From positions 62,001 to 126,000 of the IMG/VR virus record IMGVR_UViG_3300041405_000133: a stretch of DNA of 64,000 nt; one strand, 5' to 3'. A model generated the notes under the pieces. That model saw only the letters and a program-made list of their open reading frames with translations, was not told where the DNA came from and made no database searches. The position numbers and the translations under genes were made by a program. The stretch comes from an uncultured virus (IMG/VR IMGVR_UViG_3300041405_000133) (lineage: Duplodnaviria; Heunggongvirae; Uroviricota; Caudoviricetes). This document shows, piece after piece, positions 1 through 10,702 of this stretch. The first letter of the stretch is position 1, and each line of letters opens with the position of its first letter.

Positions 1-393
1 CGCATCTACGTTAAGTCCACATCTGTTGGCGAAGTTCGCTGGGAGTTGGATGAGAACTGGGAGAAGCAGACTGGCGATGAGTTCATGGCCGTTGAGTATC
101 CGAAGTTCGGCTTGACCACGTATCACGATTCTGAATCACCGCACCCAAGCCGTCTTAGCGGCCTCGGCGCTGACTTTGACGGTGACACCGGTTCGTCCAC
201 CAAAGTCATGATGAAAGAATCGCTCGAAGAAACTGAGCGGTATCTCGGAACACGCGCTGCATGGGTGAAGCCTTCTGGCGCTCCTCGTGCGTCTGTTGTT
301 TACGATACCTCCGAATTGGTCATTCGTAACCTGACCAGTCGATTCAATCATGTCGTTCAGAACGCTGACACTATTCGTAGGTCGGTTGACTGA
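1..393 (+). CDS. Virion RNA polymerase beta'-like catalytic subunit, 3' end (phiKZ gp180-like), truncated by window start
   Basis: Frame is open from base 1. Contains GADFDGD catalytic motif and lies directly upstream of the large beta-like subunit. Confidence 0.88.
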   Translation, partial: RIYVKSTSVGEVRWELDENWEKQTGDEFMAVEYPKFGLTTYHDSESPHPSRLSGLGADFDGDTGSSTKVMMKESLEETERYLGTRAAWVKPSGAPRASVVYDTSELVIRNLTSRFNHVVQNADTIRRSVD

Positions 394-413
394 TCCACGG
401 GGATATCTCAATC

Positions 414-3400
414 ATGTCTGAAATGTTAAATCTCGACGCATACGTCAGACAGTTCAGTTTGTGGCGGCAATCGGAGATCAATGCTCCTAAGTTGTATCCG
501 ATTGCCAAACTCTGTCTGCCAAAGTTGTCGATCCTGCATTACGCCAACGTTGACGGTGTGTCCGTAGGTCCTCAAGCGTCTGACCAGATCTTCTTGACTC
601 GTCAGGCGCTCCTGTACATCGATCACATGCGTCGCTATGTCGATCCAATTGGGAACCCTGTGAAGACCCTCAGCAACGTCGAGGGTATGATCACTGAGTA
701 CCGCCGCCGGAACCGAGCGTTTCGTCCCATGCGTAAGCTGGAGCGCTTAGAGACTGATAAACAGTCGCTGATCGTCTTCAACTATTCCATGCTGGCGCAC
801 ATCGTCAAGTATTCGGCATCGTTCCGCGCATCGTACTTCATGTGGTACAACATCTACCACGAAGTTATTCTGAACATGAACCATTTGGCGAAGGTTAGTA
901 ATCGCCAACAGTTCATCGAGGTTGACCTCCCTGATGTCATCCCTCCTCTCGCTGCATTGCGTGAGTATTCGAATAACCTTACCGCTCAGACGTTGGCTAA
1001 GTTCCGCACACCTGAAGCTAAGCTCTTGGCTGATCTCTTCATGTGGGCTGGTCCTGAACGCTCCAAGAGTCTGTTCGGTAAACTGGAGTACGACAACCTC
1101 AGCAAGATCAACCTGATCGTTCGTCGTTTGAACGGCTGGGTGGTGATCAACCTCGGATGGTTGGATTCATTCCGTTCTGAGAAGAACCTTCCTGCGGACA
1201 CAGATCCAAAGGAAAAGAAGCAGCGTGAGAAAGGTGAAGAACCAAAGACCTTTGCTCTGCGCTTCCTGAAGCTCATGACCACGATCCACCAAGGCACTAC
1301 TCCTATCGCCACCGAAACTGGCGACGCTGTATTGGAAGAGCCTCTGGTTGAAGTTAACCCAGATGACGCGAAGATCGACTCGCAAGACTTCGACCTCGAA
1401 GACGACCTGACCGCCCTGGGTGATTCCAATCAGCTGATGGACGACGACGTTGAACTCTCCAAGCTTGAGAAAGAACTGGAAGAGCTCGACAAGCTGAAGG
1501 ACATGTACGCCACTTCCGAACAAGTCGACGAAGAAGGTGACCTGATTGAACAGAAGGTTATCAACGTTGACCTCATGGCCCAGAAAGCAGGCGTCGCCAA
1601 AGAAGGCGAGGCAATGCTCAACAAGGCCGATGAGCTGTACGGCAAGGGGTTGCTTACCCAAGGTGAGTATCGTCGCTTAGAGCGCCTCTCAACCGTCTAC
1701 GAGACACTCCCTAACCCCTACGGTGGTGAAGGTAGCTTCGTTGACGCGATGAAGATCACTCGTGAAGACGTTTTGGTCGATCCTAAGGAGTTGACCAACG
1801 ATTCCGTGGTGACTGATAAGTCGCTGGCATTTAGCCGTGTGGATGCTGTTGATCAGAAGTACATCAAGTCTGTACTGAAGAAAGACATCATGCGTGCTGT
1901 GTCTTCGATGCAGAAAGGCGCCGTAGCGATTACGAGTTACGTGGTTGATCGTAAGATCGATGCCGTGAACGATCGTGAGATGCACATCGTCAAGTTTGCG
2001 CCGGCTGTGGGTATTCCTTCCACAGTTAAGTTCGAGCTTCCGACTATTCGTGAAGATGGCACGTTCCTGTATAACGGTACTGAGTACCGCATGCGGAAAC
2101 AACGTTCCGACTTGCCGATCCGTAAGGTAGGTCCTAACCGAGTGGCGCTCTCCAGCTACTACTCGAAGATCTTCGTTGAACGGTCGAACCGTAAGAAGTT
2201 CGATTATGGCAAATGGCTGTTGGGTCAACTGACTGTTAAATGTCTTGATCCAGATGATCCGCACATCAGCAACGCTGTACTGTCTGATGCAACCAACTTC
2301 AAAGCTGACGTACCGATGGTCTACTCGACTATCGCCGGTAGCATTGCTGGGTTCACGGTTGATAAGCTGGATCTGTACTTCGATTACAAACACCGGATCA
2401 AGAAGTTCAACTACACCAAGGAAGAACTGTCGCTCGAGAAAGGCGGCTACGTTCTCTGCGGTCGTTCCAAGATGGGTCCGCTGGTCATGGCTCCTAACGG
2501 CATGATCTACGTTCATTGGAAGAATGAGCTGCAAGACCTGGGTACGGTTGAGTCTCTGTGCGGTATCGAGATTGGTCCTGATTCGACGCCGATGTACATG
2601 GCTGAGATGAAGATCTACTCGAAGACCATTCCGGTAGGCTTTGCACTGGCGTACCTACTGGGTATCGACGAACTGCTGAAAGTGCTTAACGTCGTTCCAC
2701 GACGCGCATTGGTTGGCGAACGTCTGAACCTTCAGGCTGATGAGTACGCAATCCGCTTTAAGAACGAATCGCTGATCTTCAAGCGCAGCGACGTAATGGC
2801 GGGTATGCTGCTCAGTGGCTTTAACCTTTACCATTCCGTCATCCGGAACTACGACATTGAACTGTTTAACGACAGGGATGTGTACGCTGCTGTACTTGAG
2901 CGCAGTGGTGTAGGTTCGCGCTATGTTCGTGAGTTGGATGCGTTGAACACTTTGTTCATCGACCCGATTACTCAGGACCTGCTCGAATGGATGAAAGAAC
3001 CTACGACCTTCACTGGTCTTCTGGTTCGTGCTACCGAGATGCTCCAAACCAACATGGTGCGTGTGCGCCGTGAAGATAAGGATCGTCTGGTAGAAGGTCT
3101 GGAAAGGGTTCGTGGTTACGAACGTGTGGCGGGTGTGGTTTACGAGACACTCTCGAAGGCTATCCGTTCTTACACCACTCGTTCGGCTACTGGCCGGGCA
3201 TCTGTGGTGGTTAACCCGAACGACACCATCAACGCCCTGGTGCAAGATCCAACCACATCTCCAGTAAACAACATCAACCCGATCCACAGTCTGCGGGAAC
3301 GGGAAGTTATCACCTTTGGTGGTCGTGGTGGTCGTAGCCGTCGTGCGATGGTTGCAAACACCCGTCTGTTTACTGATGAAGACATGGGCTTTATCTCGGA

Positions 3401-4688
3401 AGGTACGGTTGACTCCGGTGACGTGGCAATCATCACCTATCTGTCTCCGAACTCCAACCTGACCTCTGTACGTGGTACGGTTCGGATGTACGACGCAGAA
3501 CGGGATGGTGCATCCGCATTGTTCTCTACCGCAGGCTTGCTCAGCTTCGGTGCGGACGGCGATGACCCTAAACGTCTGAACTTCATTCAAGTACAACACG
3601 GTCACGGTATCATGACTGTGGGGTCAGAAGTTCAAGGCGCTCGTACCGGCATGGAGCGAGTGATCGCTTCTCGGATGAGTCCTGAGTTTGCTGTTACCGC
3701 GAAGCAAGATGGCGAGGTTACTGAGATCGCCGCTGATGCAATCACCATTACCATGAAAGACGGTACTGTTGCTAAGTATCCGCTTGGATTGGTTCACACG
3801 ACTGCCGAAGGTTCTGTCTATCCGAACACCATCGCCACTACCCTTAAGGTTGGTGAGAAGGTCAAGGAGTTCGACGTCATTACCTACAACCAAGGCTTCT
3901 TCAAACCAAGCCTGTTGGACAAGCGTCGCGTTGACTACATGAACGGTTGCATTGGTCGCATCGCACTTCGTGAAGCCACGTATACCGTAGAAGACAGTAG
4001 CTCCATCTCTGTTGATTTCGCCAAACGTATGGGTACTTACGTTAGTAAGCTCAAGACGATTGTAGTCGACTTCCATGACGGCATTAGTGGGTTGGTTAAG
4101 GTGGGTGATAAGACTGACCTTGACACAATTCTATGCACGATTGAAGGCGCGGTTTCGTCTGCTGCCGGGCTTTATGACGACGCTACGCGGGAGACACTCC
4201 GTAACTGGGCAGCGATGACGCCTAAGGCTAAGGCCGTGGGTGAGGTTGCCAAGGTCGAGGTCTTTTACAACGGTGAGATCGACTCGATGTCCGACAGCCT
4301 GATGGAAATCGTGGCTGATTCGGAGAAAGAGCGCAAACGCTCTGCCAAACGTCTGGGTAAGGAATACGTTCCTGCTCGCGTAGGACGCAACGTTCGTATC
4401 GACGGACACACGCTTGAAGACCGTCAGGCAATCATCATGATTTACATCACCACCCCGGTGGGAATGGGTATCGGCGATAAGCTGGTAATTGCCAACCAGA
4501 TGAAGTCTACAGTCGGTGAAATCCTCATCGGTAGCAACCGGACACTTGAGGGTGAGTTCATCGACGCGATCTTCGGTGCCAAGTCGGTTATTGACCGGAT
4601 CGTAACAAGTCCGTTCGATATCGGAACGACCAATACCGTCCTGCGGTTTATCGGTGAAGAAGCATACGCCGATTACTTTGGCGAGTAA
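414..4688 (+). CDS. Virion RNA polymerase beta-like subunit (phiKZ gp178-like)
   Basis: 1424 aa. RpoB-type motifs: EDGTFLYNG, GGRGGRS, SEGTVDSGDV, DDPKRLNF, EDSS, GDKL..NQMKSTVGE. Confidence 0.92.
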   Translation: MSEMLNLDAYVRQFSLWRQSEINAPKLYPIAKLCLPKLSILHYANVDGVSVGPQASDQIFLTRQALLYIDHMRRYVDPIGNPVKTLSNVEGMITEYRRRNRAFRPMRKLERLETDKQSLIVFNYSMLAHIVKYSASFRASYFMWYNIYHEVILNMNHLAKVSNRQQFIEVDLPDVIPPLAALREYSNNLTAQTLAKFRTPEAKLLADLFMWAGPERSKSLFGKLEYDNLSKINLIVRRLNGWVVINLGWLDSFRSEKNLPADTDPKEKKQREKGEEPKTFALRFLKLMTTIHQGTTPIATETGDAVLEEPLVEVNPDDAKIDSQDFDLEDDLTALGDSNQLMDDDVELSKLEKELEELDKLKDMYATSEQVDEEGDLIEQKVINVDLMAQKAGVAKEGEAMLNKADELYGKGLLTQGEYRRLERLSTVYETLPNPYGGEGSFVDAMKITREDVLVDPKELTNDSVVTDKSLAFSRVDAVDQKYIKSVLKKDIMRAVSSMQKGAVAITSYVVDRKIDAVNDREMHIVKFAPAVGIPSTVKFELPTIREDGTFLYNGTEYRMRKQRSDLPIRKVGPNRVALSSYYSKIFVERSNRKKFDYGKWLLGQLTVKCLDPDDPHISNAVLSDATNFKADVPMVYSTIAGSIAGFTVDKLDLYFDYKHRIKKFNYTKEELSLEKGGYVLCGRSKMGPLVMAPNGMIYVHWKNELQDLGTVESLCGIEIGPDSTPMYMAEMKIYSKTIPVGFALAYLLGIDELLKVLNVVPRRALVGERLNLQADEYAIRFKNESLIFKRSDVMAGMLLSGFNLYHSVIRNYDIELFNDRDVYAAVLERSGVGSRYVRELDALNTLFIDPITQDLLEWMKEPTTFTGLLVRATEMLQTNMVRVRREDKDRLVEGLERVRGYERVAGVVYETLSKAIRSYTTRSATGRASVVVNPNDTINALVQDPTTSPVNNINPIHSLREREVITFGGRGGRSRRAMVANTRLFTDEDMGFISEGTVDSGDVAIITYLSPNSNLTSVRGTVRMYDAERDGASALFSTAGLLSFGADGDDPKRLNFIQVQHGHGIMTVGSEVQGARTGMERVIASRMSPEFAVTAKQDGEVTEIAADAITITMKDGTVAKYPLGLVHTTAEGSVYPNTIATTLKVGEKVKEFDVITYNQGFFKPSLLDKRRVDYMNGCIGRIALREATYTVEDSSSISVDFAKRMGTYVSKLKTIVVDFHDGISGLVKVGDKTDLDTILCTIEGAVSSAAGLYDDATRETLRNWAAMTPKAKAVGEVAKVEVFYNGEIDSMSDSLMEIVADSEKERKRSAKRLGKEYVPARVGRNVRIDGHTLEDRQAIIMIYITTPVGMGIGDKLVIANQMKSTVGEILIGSNRTLEGEFIDAIFGAKSVIDRIVTSPFDIGTTNTVLRFIGEEAYADYFGE

Positions 4689-4699
4689 ATAAAAACACA

Positions 4700-4723
4700 C
4701 CACTCCCGGAAGACCGGGAGTGG
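4700..4723. terminator. Stem-loop terminator
   Basis: CCACTCCCGG-AAGA-CCGGGAGTGG perfect 10-bp stem just after the stop codon. Confidence 0.7.
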
Positions 4724-4752
4724 CTGTATGTATATAGTCGAGGTATTTCCTG

Positions 4753-4944
4753 ATGTCTCCCAACGAAATTAAGAATTTGCCGATTCTGGCAACCGCCATC
4801 CAATTGATCGGCGATGTCGCGCTGAACGTTATCGGCAACGACGTTGCTGCTGAAGTTGACGGCGTGAAGATCACCCAGTCCTCGGTCAAAGTTCTGGCCG
4901 TTGCCTCCCTGAACAAAGTACTGAGCGAGAAATGCCATGCTTGA
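4753..4944 (+). CDS. Small hypothetical protein
   Basis: 63 aa with GAGG RBS. Overlaps the next start and has phage-typical codon usage. Confidence 0.55.
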   Translation: MSPNEIKNLPILATAIQLIGDVALNVIGNDVAAEVDGVKITQSSVKVLAVASLNKVLSEKCHA

Positions 4945-6328
4945 GCCTAGCGCTATTGCCGCAGCAATTCCCCTTTCCCAGATGTTGGCTGAGAAAGGCA
5001 TCTCGCTGGATGCCCACGCTGACACTCCTCTCGCCTGCATCGTCCGTGACGCTCCGCTGATTGGTTTCAATCCGGGTGAATCGAGCTACGATGCAATCAG
5101 TGCTGCATTGCTGAATGCAAGCCGTGGCGAAACCCACGCCGCTCTGCTGTCCGAGTGCATCGAGTTGGTGACCACTTCGGTTCGCCGTACTCTGGACTTC
5201 TCCCGTAACACCGTGATCCCTCACGTTCGCCGTGTACTGGAATCGTTCACTGCCCGTCTGGAAGGTCTGGACATCGTTCCTTTGCCGTTCACGCTGAAGT
5301 TCAACTACCTGCCTGAGATCTACAAGCTGGCTCCTGGCTTGCAGTTCGTTGAGCGTTGGGAAAACAACCCAATGGCCAGCATGCCGGGTGCGTTGACTCT
5401 GGGTACTTACTCCCCAGCTGAAATCGAAACCCTGGCGCAGCTGACCGACGAAGGTGGTTTCAACGAATCCCTCAAGGAACTGTTGAATGCCGAGGAAGGT
5501 CGTGGCCTGTCCGCAATCGCTGACGTCCTGAGCGGCCGCGTAGGTATCGCCAATATGCCGGTAGAGTTCTCTCTGCCGCTGGCTATTGTTCTGCGTAACA
5601 TCGAAACGCCGAAAGAAGGCGTGCAGTCTTCGCTGACTGCGTACAACGATGCTCGTTCGGTTCTGTCCAACGTCGCTGCCAAGCGTGCGCTGAGCCTGAT
5701 CGACCAGCTGAACATCCAGATCAAGAACAAGTCCCTGTATAAGGGTAACTTTGTAAAAGAGCTGGGCGTGATCGAACTAACCGGTGAGGTTTACAAGATC
5801 CTTCTGAACGAAGGTCTGACTTCTGAAGCCGTGATCGGTAACGAACTGATCGGCCGGAAGTACATCGGTGGGCAGATGCTCAACCCTGAGATCATTGCTG
5901 AACTGACTGACGTCTATGCTCGCGATTACGCTACACGCAAGCAGGCTGTCAGCATCAGCAAGCACGAACACACCCGTAAGGCTCTGCAAGCTGTTCTGCG
6001 TGAAGACGTGAACATGATCGCAGAGAAGGGCGAGTTCGTGATCGAAGGTGACAACGCCGAGAAGGCGTGGGGTCGTCTGCGTCAGTTCATCGACGCTCTG
6101 TACGAACACAACGGTCTGCAATTCGAACCGTCGGGTATCATCACTGCGGCTATCTGCGTGGTTTGGTACGCCCACACCGACGCGGCCCGTGTGATCGACA
6201 TCATGTTCAAGGTCGAGAAAGAGCAGCCTGGCCTGCCGGCGAAAGAAGTAGCTACCCTCGCCACCATTCAGTATCTGAGTGAGTGGGTTGGCAGCATGAT
6301 GCTTCCTACGAAGGCTGAAGCTGCTTAA
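4937..6328 (+). CDS. Conserved putative virion protein (phiKZ gp177-like position)
   Basis: 463 aa with strong codon bias. Syntenic between vRNAP and the protease. Confidence 0.65.
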   Translation: MLEPSAIAAAIPLSQMLAEKGISLDAHADTPLACIVRDAPLIGFNPGESSYDAISAALLNASRGETHAALLSECIELVTTSVRRTLDFSRNTVIPHVRRVLESFTARLEGLDIVPLPFTLKFNYLPEIYKLAPGLQFVERWENNPMASMPGALTLGTYSPAEIETLAQLTDEGGFNESLKELLNAEEGRGLSAIADVLSGRVGIANMPVEFSLPLAIVLRNIETPKEGVQSSLTAYNDARSVLSNVAAKRALSLIDQLNIQIKNKSLYKGNFVKELGVIELTGEVYKILLNEGLTSEAVIGNELIGRKYIGGQMLNPEIIAELTDVYARDYATRKQAVSISKHEHTRKALQAVLREDVNMIAEKGEFVIEGDNAEKAWGRLRQFIDALYEHNGLQFEPSGIITAAICVVWYAHTDAARVIDIMFKVEKEQPGLPAKEVATLATIQYLSEWVGSMMLPTKAEAA

Positions 6329-6347
6329 TCATCAAGGGGCGTGACGT

Positions 6348-7070
6348 ATGCTTTCATCGGTATATAAACGCTCGAAGGCCCGTGTGGATGCTTGTCTCAA
6401 GAAGGCAGGCACCACATTCATCGCGATGGAACCTTTGCGGATTCATATCCCTGAACGGTTTGCTGAACGTGGTCTGGCTGTGATCGAGGATGTCTCGTAC
6501 ATCCTCGGTTGTTTGGCCATTATCACCGAAGACAACTATTACGCTCCATCCACTGTTACGGCTATGTTGAAGACAGAGCCTGACCGTGTGGGTCGTATCG
6601 TGATCGATGACGTCGGGTATATCGAGCTCAGCTACAACAAAGGTTCAAAGGTCATCGCGTCTACGGAACCGGTCGTGGTGGATAACCTACCTCACCGCAT
6701 CTATACCGAGCTTCTAGGTAAAGGTCGTATTCCGTGGTATTACGATTACACCGACATTCCGTTCATCTTCCGCGAATCCCTTAAATACAATGGTGTGCGT
6801 TTAGGCGCGGATCTTGCTATTTGGGAATACATCGCAGCGCAACTGTGCCGTGACCCGGATAACCCGACCAGATACTGGCGGCAGGTTCCGAACGCCAAAG
6901 CTCTGCTGGCAACTAAGTCACCGTACTTTGTGGCTCTTCGTAACGTGAGTATTGGCTCAACCAACATGACGGCCCGTCTGGGCGGCTCTTATTTCGACCC
7001 AGGTATGACCAGTACGTTGGCGAATCCATCCGATCGTAATGAACGGTTCGAGACGGTATTGCGTCGATAA
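6348..7070 (+). CDS. Conserved hypothetical/virion protein (phiKZ gp176-like position)
   Basis: 240 aa with AAGGGG RBS. Syntenic position. Confidence 0.65.
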   Translation: MLSSVYKRSKARVDACLKKAGTTFIAMEPLRIHIPERFAERGLAVIEDVSYILGCLAIITEDNYYAPSTVTAMLKTEPDRVGRIVIDDVGYIELSYNKGSKVIASTEPVVVDNLPHRIYTELLGKGRIPWYYDYTDIPFIFRESLKYNGVRLGADLAIWEYIAAQLCRDPDNPTRYWRQVPNAKALLATKSPYFVALRNVSIGSTNMTARLGGSYFDPGMTSTLANPSDRNERFETVLRR

Positions 7071-7081
7071 GGAATAGAATC

Positions 7082-7888
7082 ATGGGCATGCCTTCCATTC
7101 AATTGCCGAACTCCAGTCAGGTCAGCTCCTACAGTAGCATCGCTTTGGCGAATAGCGGCAAGAAGGGCGTTCTGAAGGATGTAGGTAACGGCTATAAAGA
7201 AATCCTGCTGGGGGCATTCGGTGCCTTCGGTAACGGCGGCTGGCTTTATGACACCGCCTCTGCAATGCGTTATCTGGAGAACGACCAAGAGTTCCTGCGT
7301 ATGATGCAGGCTGGTCGTATCCGTGGCGAGTGGGGTCACCCAGTTCGTCCGCCAGGCATGAGCGACCAAGATTGGTTCGTTCGTATCTGTACGATCGTTG
7401 AAGCCAACATGTGCTGCCACATTCGCCGCGTTCGTCCTTCGTTGGATACCGTGGTTGACGAACGTGGCCGTAAGGTCATCGCCCTGATCGGCGAAGTCAA
7501 GCCTTCTGGTAAGGAAGCCAAGGCATTTGGCGACATGCTGGACAATCCGGATGAAGACGTAAACTTCTCCATCCGTTGCTTTGCGAAGAAGAACTTCGGC
7601 AACATGACCAAACACATGACCAAGATCATCACTTGGGACTTCGTGTTTGATCCGGGCATTGCCCTGACCACAAAGTACAACACTCCGAGCATGGAGTCGA
7701 AGAGCGTGACTCGTCAGCTTGACGAGGCTGAGTTCAACCTCGAGCGTCTGCGCAATGGTTTCGACCACACGCGTCAGAACAACTCCGAAGAGAGCTTCGA
7801 AAGCGTTGCTCCAGCGGTAGAGATCCTCGGTTCTCTCTATGAGAAGACCAAGTCTCAAATCTTCGTCCCTACCTCTCTCGGCTGGTAA
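7082..7888 (+). CDS. Prohead (head maturation) protease, phiKZ gp175-like
   Basis: GEWGHP (His), FSIR (Ser) and TWDFV (Asp) motifs of S-x-E-cleaving prohead proteases. C-terminal SMES/SFES candidate autocleavage sites. Confidence 0.88.
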   Translation: MGMPSIQLPNSSQVSSYSSIALANSGKKGVLKDVGNGYKEILLGAFGAFGNGGWLYDTASAMRYLENDQEFLRMMQAGRIRGEWGHPVRPPGMSDQDWFVRICTIVEANMCCHIRRVRPSLDTVVDERGRKVIALIGEVKPSGKEAKAFGDMLDNPDEDVNFSIRCFAKKNFGNMTKHMTKIITWDFVFDPGIALTTKYNTPSMESKSVTRQLDEAEFNLERLRNGFDHTRQNNSEESFESVAPAVEILGSLYEKTKSQIFVPTSLGW

Positions 7889-7915
7889 TTAGCCAACACA
7901 ACTAGGATTGCATCC

Positions 7916-9280
7916 ATGAGCAAAGATCTCCTGCTTCAATACGGCATCGAGTCTGGTGAAGTAGCGCCAGAACCTGAGCTGGCCACCCAGACCGCTGAAG
8001 AAGTTCTGACCGAAGTGTTGGTCGAAGAAGTAGCCGCTGGCGACGATACCCTGTCCAGTCACATGGAGCAGGTTGAAGAAACCAAGGACATCGCCGAACA
8101 GCTGGAAGAACTGGCTGAACGTACCGAAGCTCTGGCTGATGCTCAGGAAGAAAATCCTCCTGCCGCTGAAGTCGTAGCAGTGTCCACCGAATCCGCCAAT
8201 CGCGAATTCCGCACCATCATGCGTGCCAATCGTCTGCCTTTCGTAGCGTCCAGCTTCGAGGCCAACGAATCCGGCAACCGCCTGCGCGATCTGGCCTCCG
8301 ACGCCCGTCGCGTACAGCGTATCGCTGAAGGTCACCGCGCCAACCTGTTGGATCTGTCCAACGAAGGTGCCATCTCGCGTTTCCTGAACCGTGATGAAAG
8401 CAAGATCGCCAAAGGCATCAACGCACTGGGCGCTGCCGAAGCTTCCTTGTCGGGCAGCCTGCAATCCCTGAAAGACCACCCGGTCATCATCACTCATGAC
8501 GGGATTGCTGGGTTCCTGACCCAAGGCGATTCTCCTGTCATGAACTTGAAGCAGGGTGTCGAGAAAGATGCTGCGCATCTGTCCCATTGCCACGACGCTG
8601 TCACCAAGTCCCTGGCTACCATCGGTTCTCTGGCTAACGGCCTGAAGGCTAATGGCGCTACCAAGGGTTCGGCTGTATCGAAGATCCTGGGCGGTAACTT
8701 CCTGGGTGATCTCAGTGGCTGCGCTACCAAAGGTCCTGCTCTGATGGGCAACCACGCGTTCCTGGTTGACGGTGCTGCCGAACACGGCGTTCCTAAACTG
8801 AAACGCGTTCGCGACACCGCGAAGAAAGATGCCAAAGGTACTGGTCGTCACATCGCTATCGGTGTTGCTGTCGGCGTTATCGTCGGTCTCGCAGTCGGTG
8901 CAGTAGTAGGCGGCGTTGTCGGCCACCTGGCCGGTAAACAAGTCAACCGTGAGGGTAGTCAAGCCAAGTCCGCAGCTTCTGCTGCCGATCTGGTTAGCGC
9001 TATCAACACCGTGAAGGGCTTCAATAAGATCACCGACTACAAAGTCGATACCGACGCAATCGATAAGTCTCTCAAAGAAGCCAAAGCTTCGATGGGCGAA
9101 TTGTCGGCCGAAGACAAGGCTGCTACCAAGAAAGCGATCAGCGCTCTGGAAGACGCAATCTCCCGTCTGGTGATCATCGCCGACTGCGCTTACGAGCAGG
9201 CGTTCTACGACATCACCACCATGGCATCTGTTGTTACCGCAGTGGCCAAACAAGCTGGCAAACAAGCCGGCGACGAATAA
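7916..9280 (+). CDS. Processed internal head (ejection) protein, paralogue A
   Basis: Acidic propeptide with STE, SFE and SNE protease sites. Glycine-zipper hydrophobic segment. Clear paralogue of the next gene. Confidence 0.75.
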   Translation: MSKDLLLQYGIESGEVAPEPELATQTAEEVLTEVLVEEVAAGDDTLSSHMEQVEETKDIAEQLEELAERTEALADAQEENPPAAEVVAVSTESANREFRTIMRANRLPFVASSFEANESGNRLRDLASDARRVQRIAEGHRANLLDLSNEGAISRFLNRDESKIAKGINALGAAEASLSGSLQSLKDHPVIITHDGIAGFLTQGDSPVMNLKQGVEKDAAHLSHCHDAVTKSLATIGSLANGLKANGATKGSAVSKILGGNFLGDLSGCATKGPALMGNHAFLVDGAAEHGVPKLKRVRDTAKKDAKGTGRHIAIGVAVGVIVGLAVGAVVGGVVGHLAGKQVNREGSQAKSAASAADLVSAINTVKGFNKITDYKVDTDAIDKSLKEAKASMGELSAEDKAATKKAISALEDAISRLVIIADCAYEQAFYDITTMASVVTAVAKQAGKQAGDE

Positions 9281-9289
9281 GGGGCAGTC

Positions 9290-10699
9290 ATGCGTGAATT
9301 CAAGGATCTCATTTCAACTGAATCCAGCGTAGTAGTTGCTGAATCCAGCGATGGTCCTGAAGTCAGCGTATCTGGCGTATTGGTGGAAGACACCGCTGCG
9401 GCACCTAGCGTTACTGAGCACTTCGATGCGATCGAAGAAACTCAAGATCTGTCGTCCCAGCTCAATGAGTTGGCAGATCACGCTGATGCCGTGGCGCGTG
9501 CCGAAGAGAATGGCGAAATCAGTTCTGAAGCAGCCTTCCTCTCCACCGAATCGATGAATCGTGAGTTCAACTCTATCATGCGTTCGGCTAAGCTACCTTA
9601 TACTGCTTCGAGTTTCGAAGCGGCTGGTAGTGAGGCTGAGCGTCTGTCGGGTATTGCTCGTGATGCTCGTCGTGTCAGCTCTATCGCTATGGAGCATGTG
9701 GATTATCTCAGGGACTACACCGAAGAAGGTGCGCTCCTGAGTTTCCTGCGTCGGGATGAAAGTAAGCTTAACAAAGCTCACGATCAACTCGATCAAGCTG
9801 CCAAACGACTTCAGAAGAACATCGACAAGTTGTCCGATCGGCCAGTGAAGATTCGTAACCAAGGCTTTGCCCGGTTCATGACTCGGAACAACCGTCAGGT
9901 CACCGACCTGGCTGCGGCTATCGGCTCCGAAGCGAAGTACCTGTCCAATGCTCACGATCAGATCGAATCGGCTATTAAGGCAATGGGCGTAATGTCCAAC
10001 AACCTTCGTGGTTCTGGCGTTCTGGCTGCACTGAACGGTCTGTCCAATGCACGGCCATTCGCCGCTGCATCCAACTTGGGTACGGATGAAGGTTACCTCA
10101 TGGGTAACTGCACTATCGAATCCTCAGAGACCGAAGGTCCTTATCCGCACCTACTTATCCCTAAGTACACTCGTACTAGCGGTATTCGGGTTCAGGGCAA
10201 ATCCATCGGTTGGGCTGCATTGGGCGCTGTTGGTGGTGCCTGGGCTGGACTGGGCTGGACTACGATCATCGCTATCGGTGGATTGGCCGTAGGGCTTCCT
10301 ATAATCACCGGTGCGGCGTATGCAGCTCGTAAGGTTGTGATAGCCAGCATGGCTATCCGCGGGGCTGTAAACACCTATAACGAGACGCAGGACGAGAGTA
10401 ACACTCGTTCACAAGCATCTGCTGGCGATATGAAGAAAGTCGTTGAGATGGTGTTGGGCTACACCCGTTACACCAACTACAGCGTTGATGCTGATTTGAT
10501 CCGTGCAAACCTGAAGGCTGCTCGCAAGAACACCGACGGGATGAGTTCTGATCAGAAGAAGCAGTTGGTGGAAGTAACCTTGGCTCTTGAAACGAGTCTG
10601 GACCGTTTGGTGCGGCTGGCTAGCCAGACGTATGAGCAAGCGTACTACACGACCACACTGTCCGCTGCGATTATCACAGCGGCATGCAACAGGTCGTAA
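9290..10699 (+). CDS. Processed internal head (ejection) protein, paralogue B
   Basis: Shares STESxNREF..IMR..LP..ASSFEA..DARRV..EGA...FL.RDESK with the previous gene. Long hydrophobic hairpin. Confidence 0.75.
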   Translation: MREFKDLISTESSVVVAESSDGPEVSVSGVLVEDTAAAPSVTEHFDAIEETQDLSSQLNELADHADAVARAEENGEISSEAAFLSTESMNREFNSIMRSAKLPYTASSFEAAGSEAERLSGIARDARRVSSIAMEHVDYLRDYTEEGALLSFLRRDESKLNKAHDQLDQAAKRLQKNIDKLSDRPVKIRNQGFARFMTRNNRQVTDLAAAIGSEAKYLSNAHDQIESAIKAMGVMSNNLRGSGVLAALNGLSNARPFAAASNLGTDEGYLMGNCTIESSETEGPYPHLLIPKYTRTSGIRVQGKSIGWAALGAVGGAWAGLGWTTIIAIGGLAVGLPIITGAAYAARKVVIASMAIRGAVNTYNETQDESNTRSQASAGDMKKVVEMVLGYTRYTNYSVDADLIRANLKAARKNTDGMSSDQKKQLVEVTLALETSLDRLVRLASQTYEQAYYTTTLSAAIITAACNRS

Positions 10700-10702
10700 G
10701 CA

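Noticed and set aside
7880..7888. GCTGGT resemblance to a Chi site
   Set aside because: Not the full GCTGGTGG. Its position at stop codons points to a protein or RNA-end explanation.
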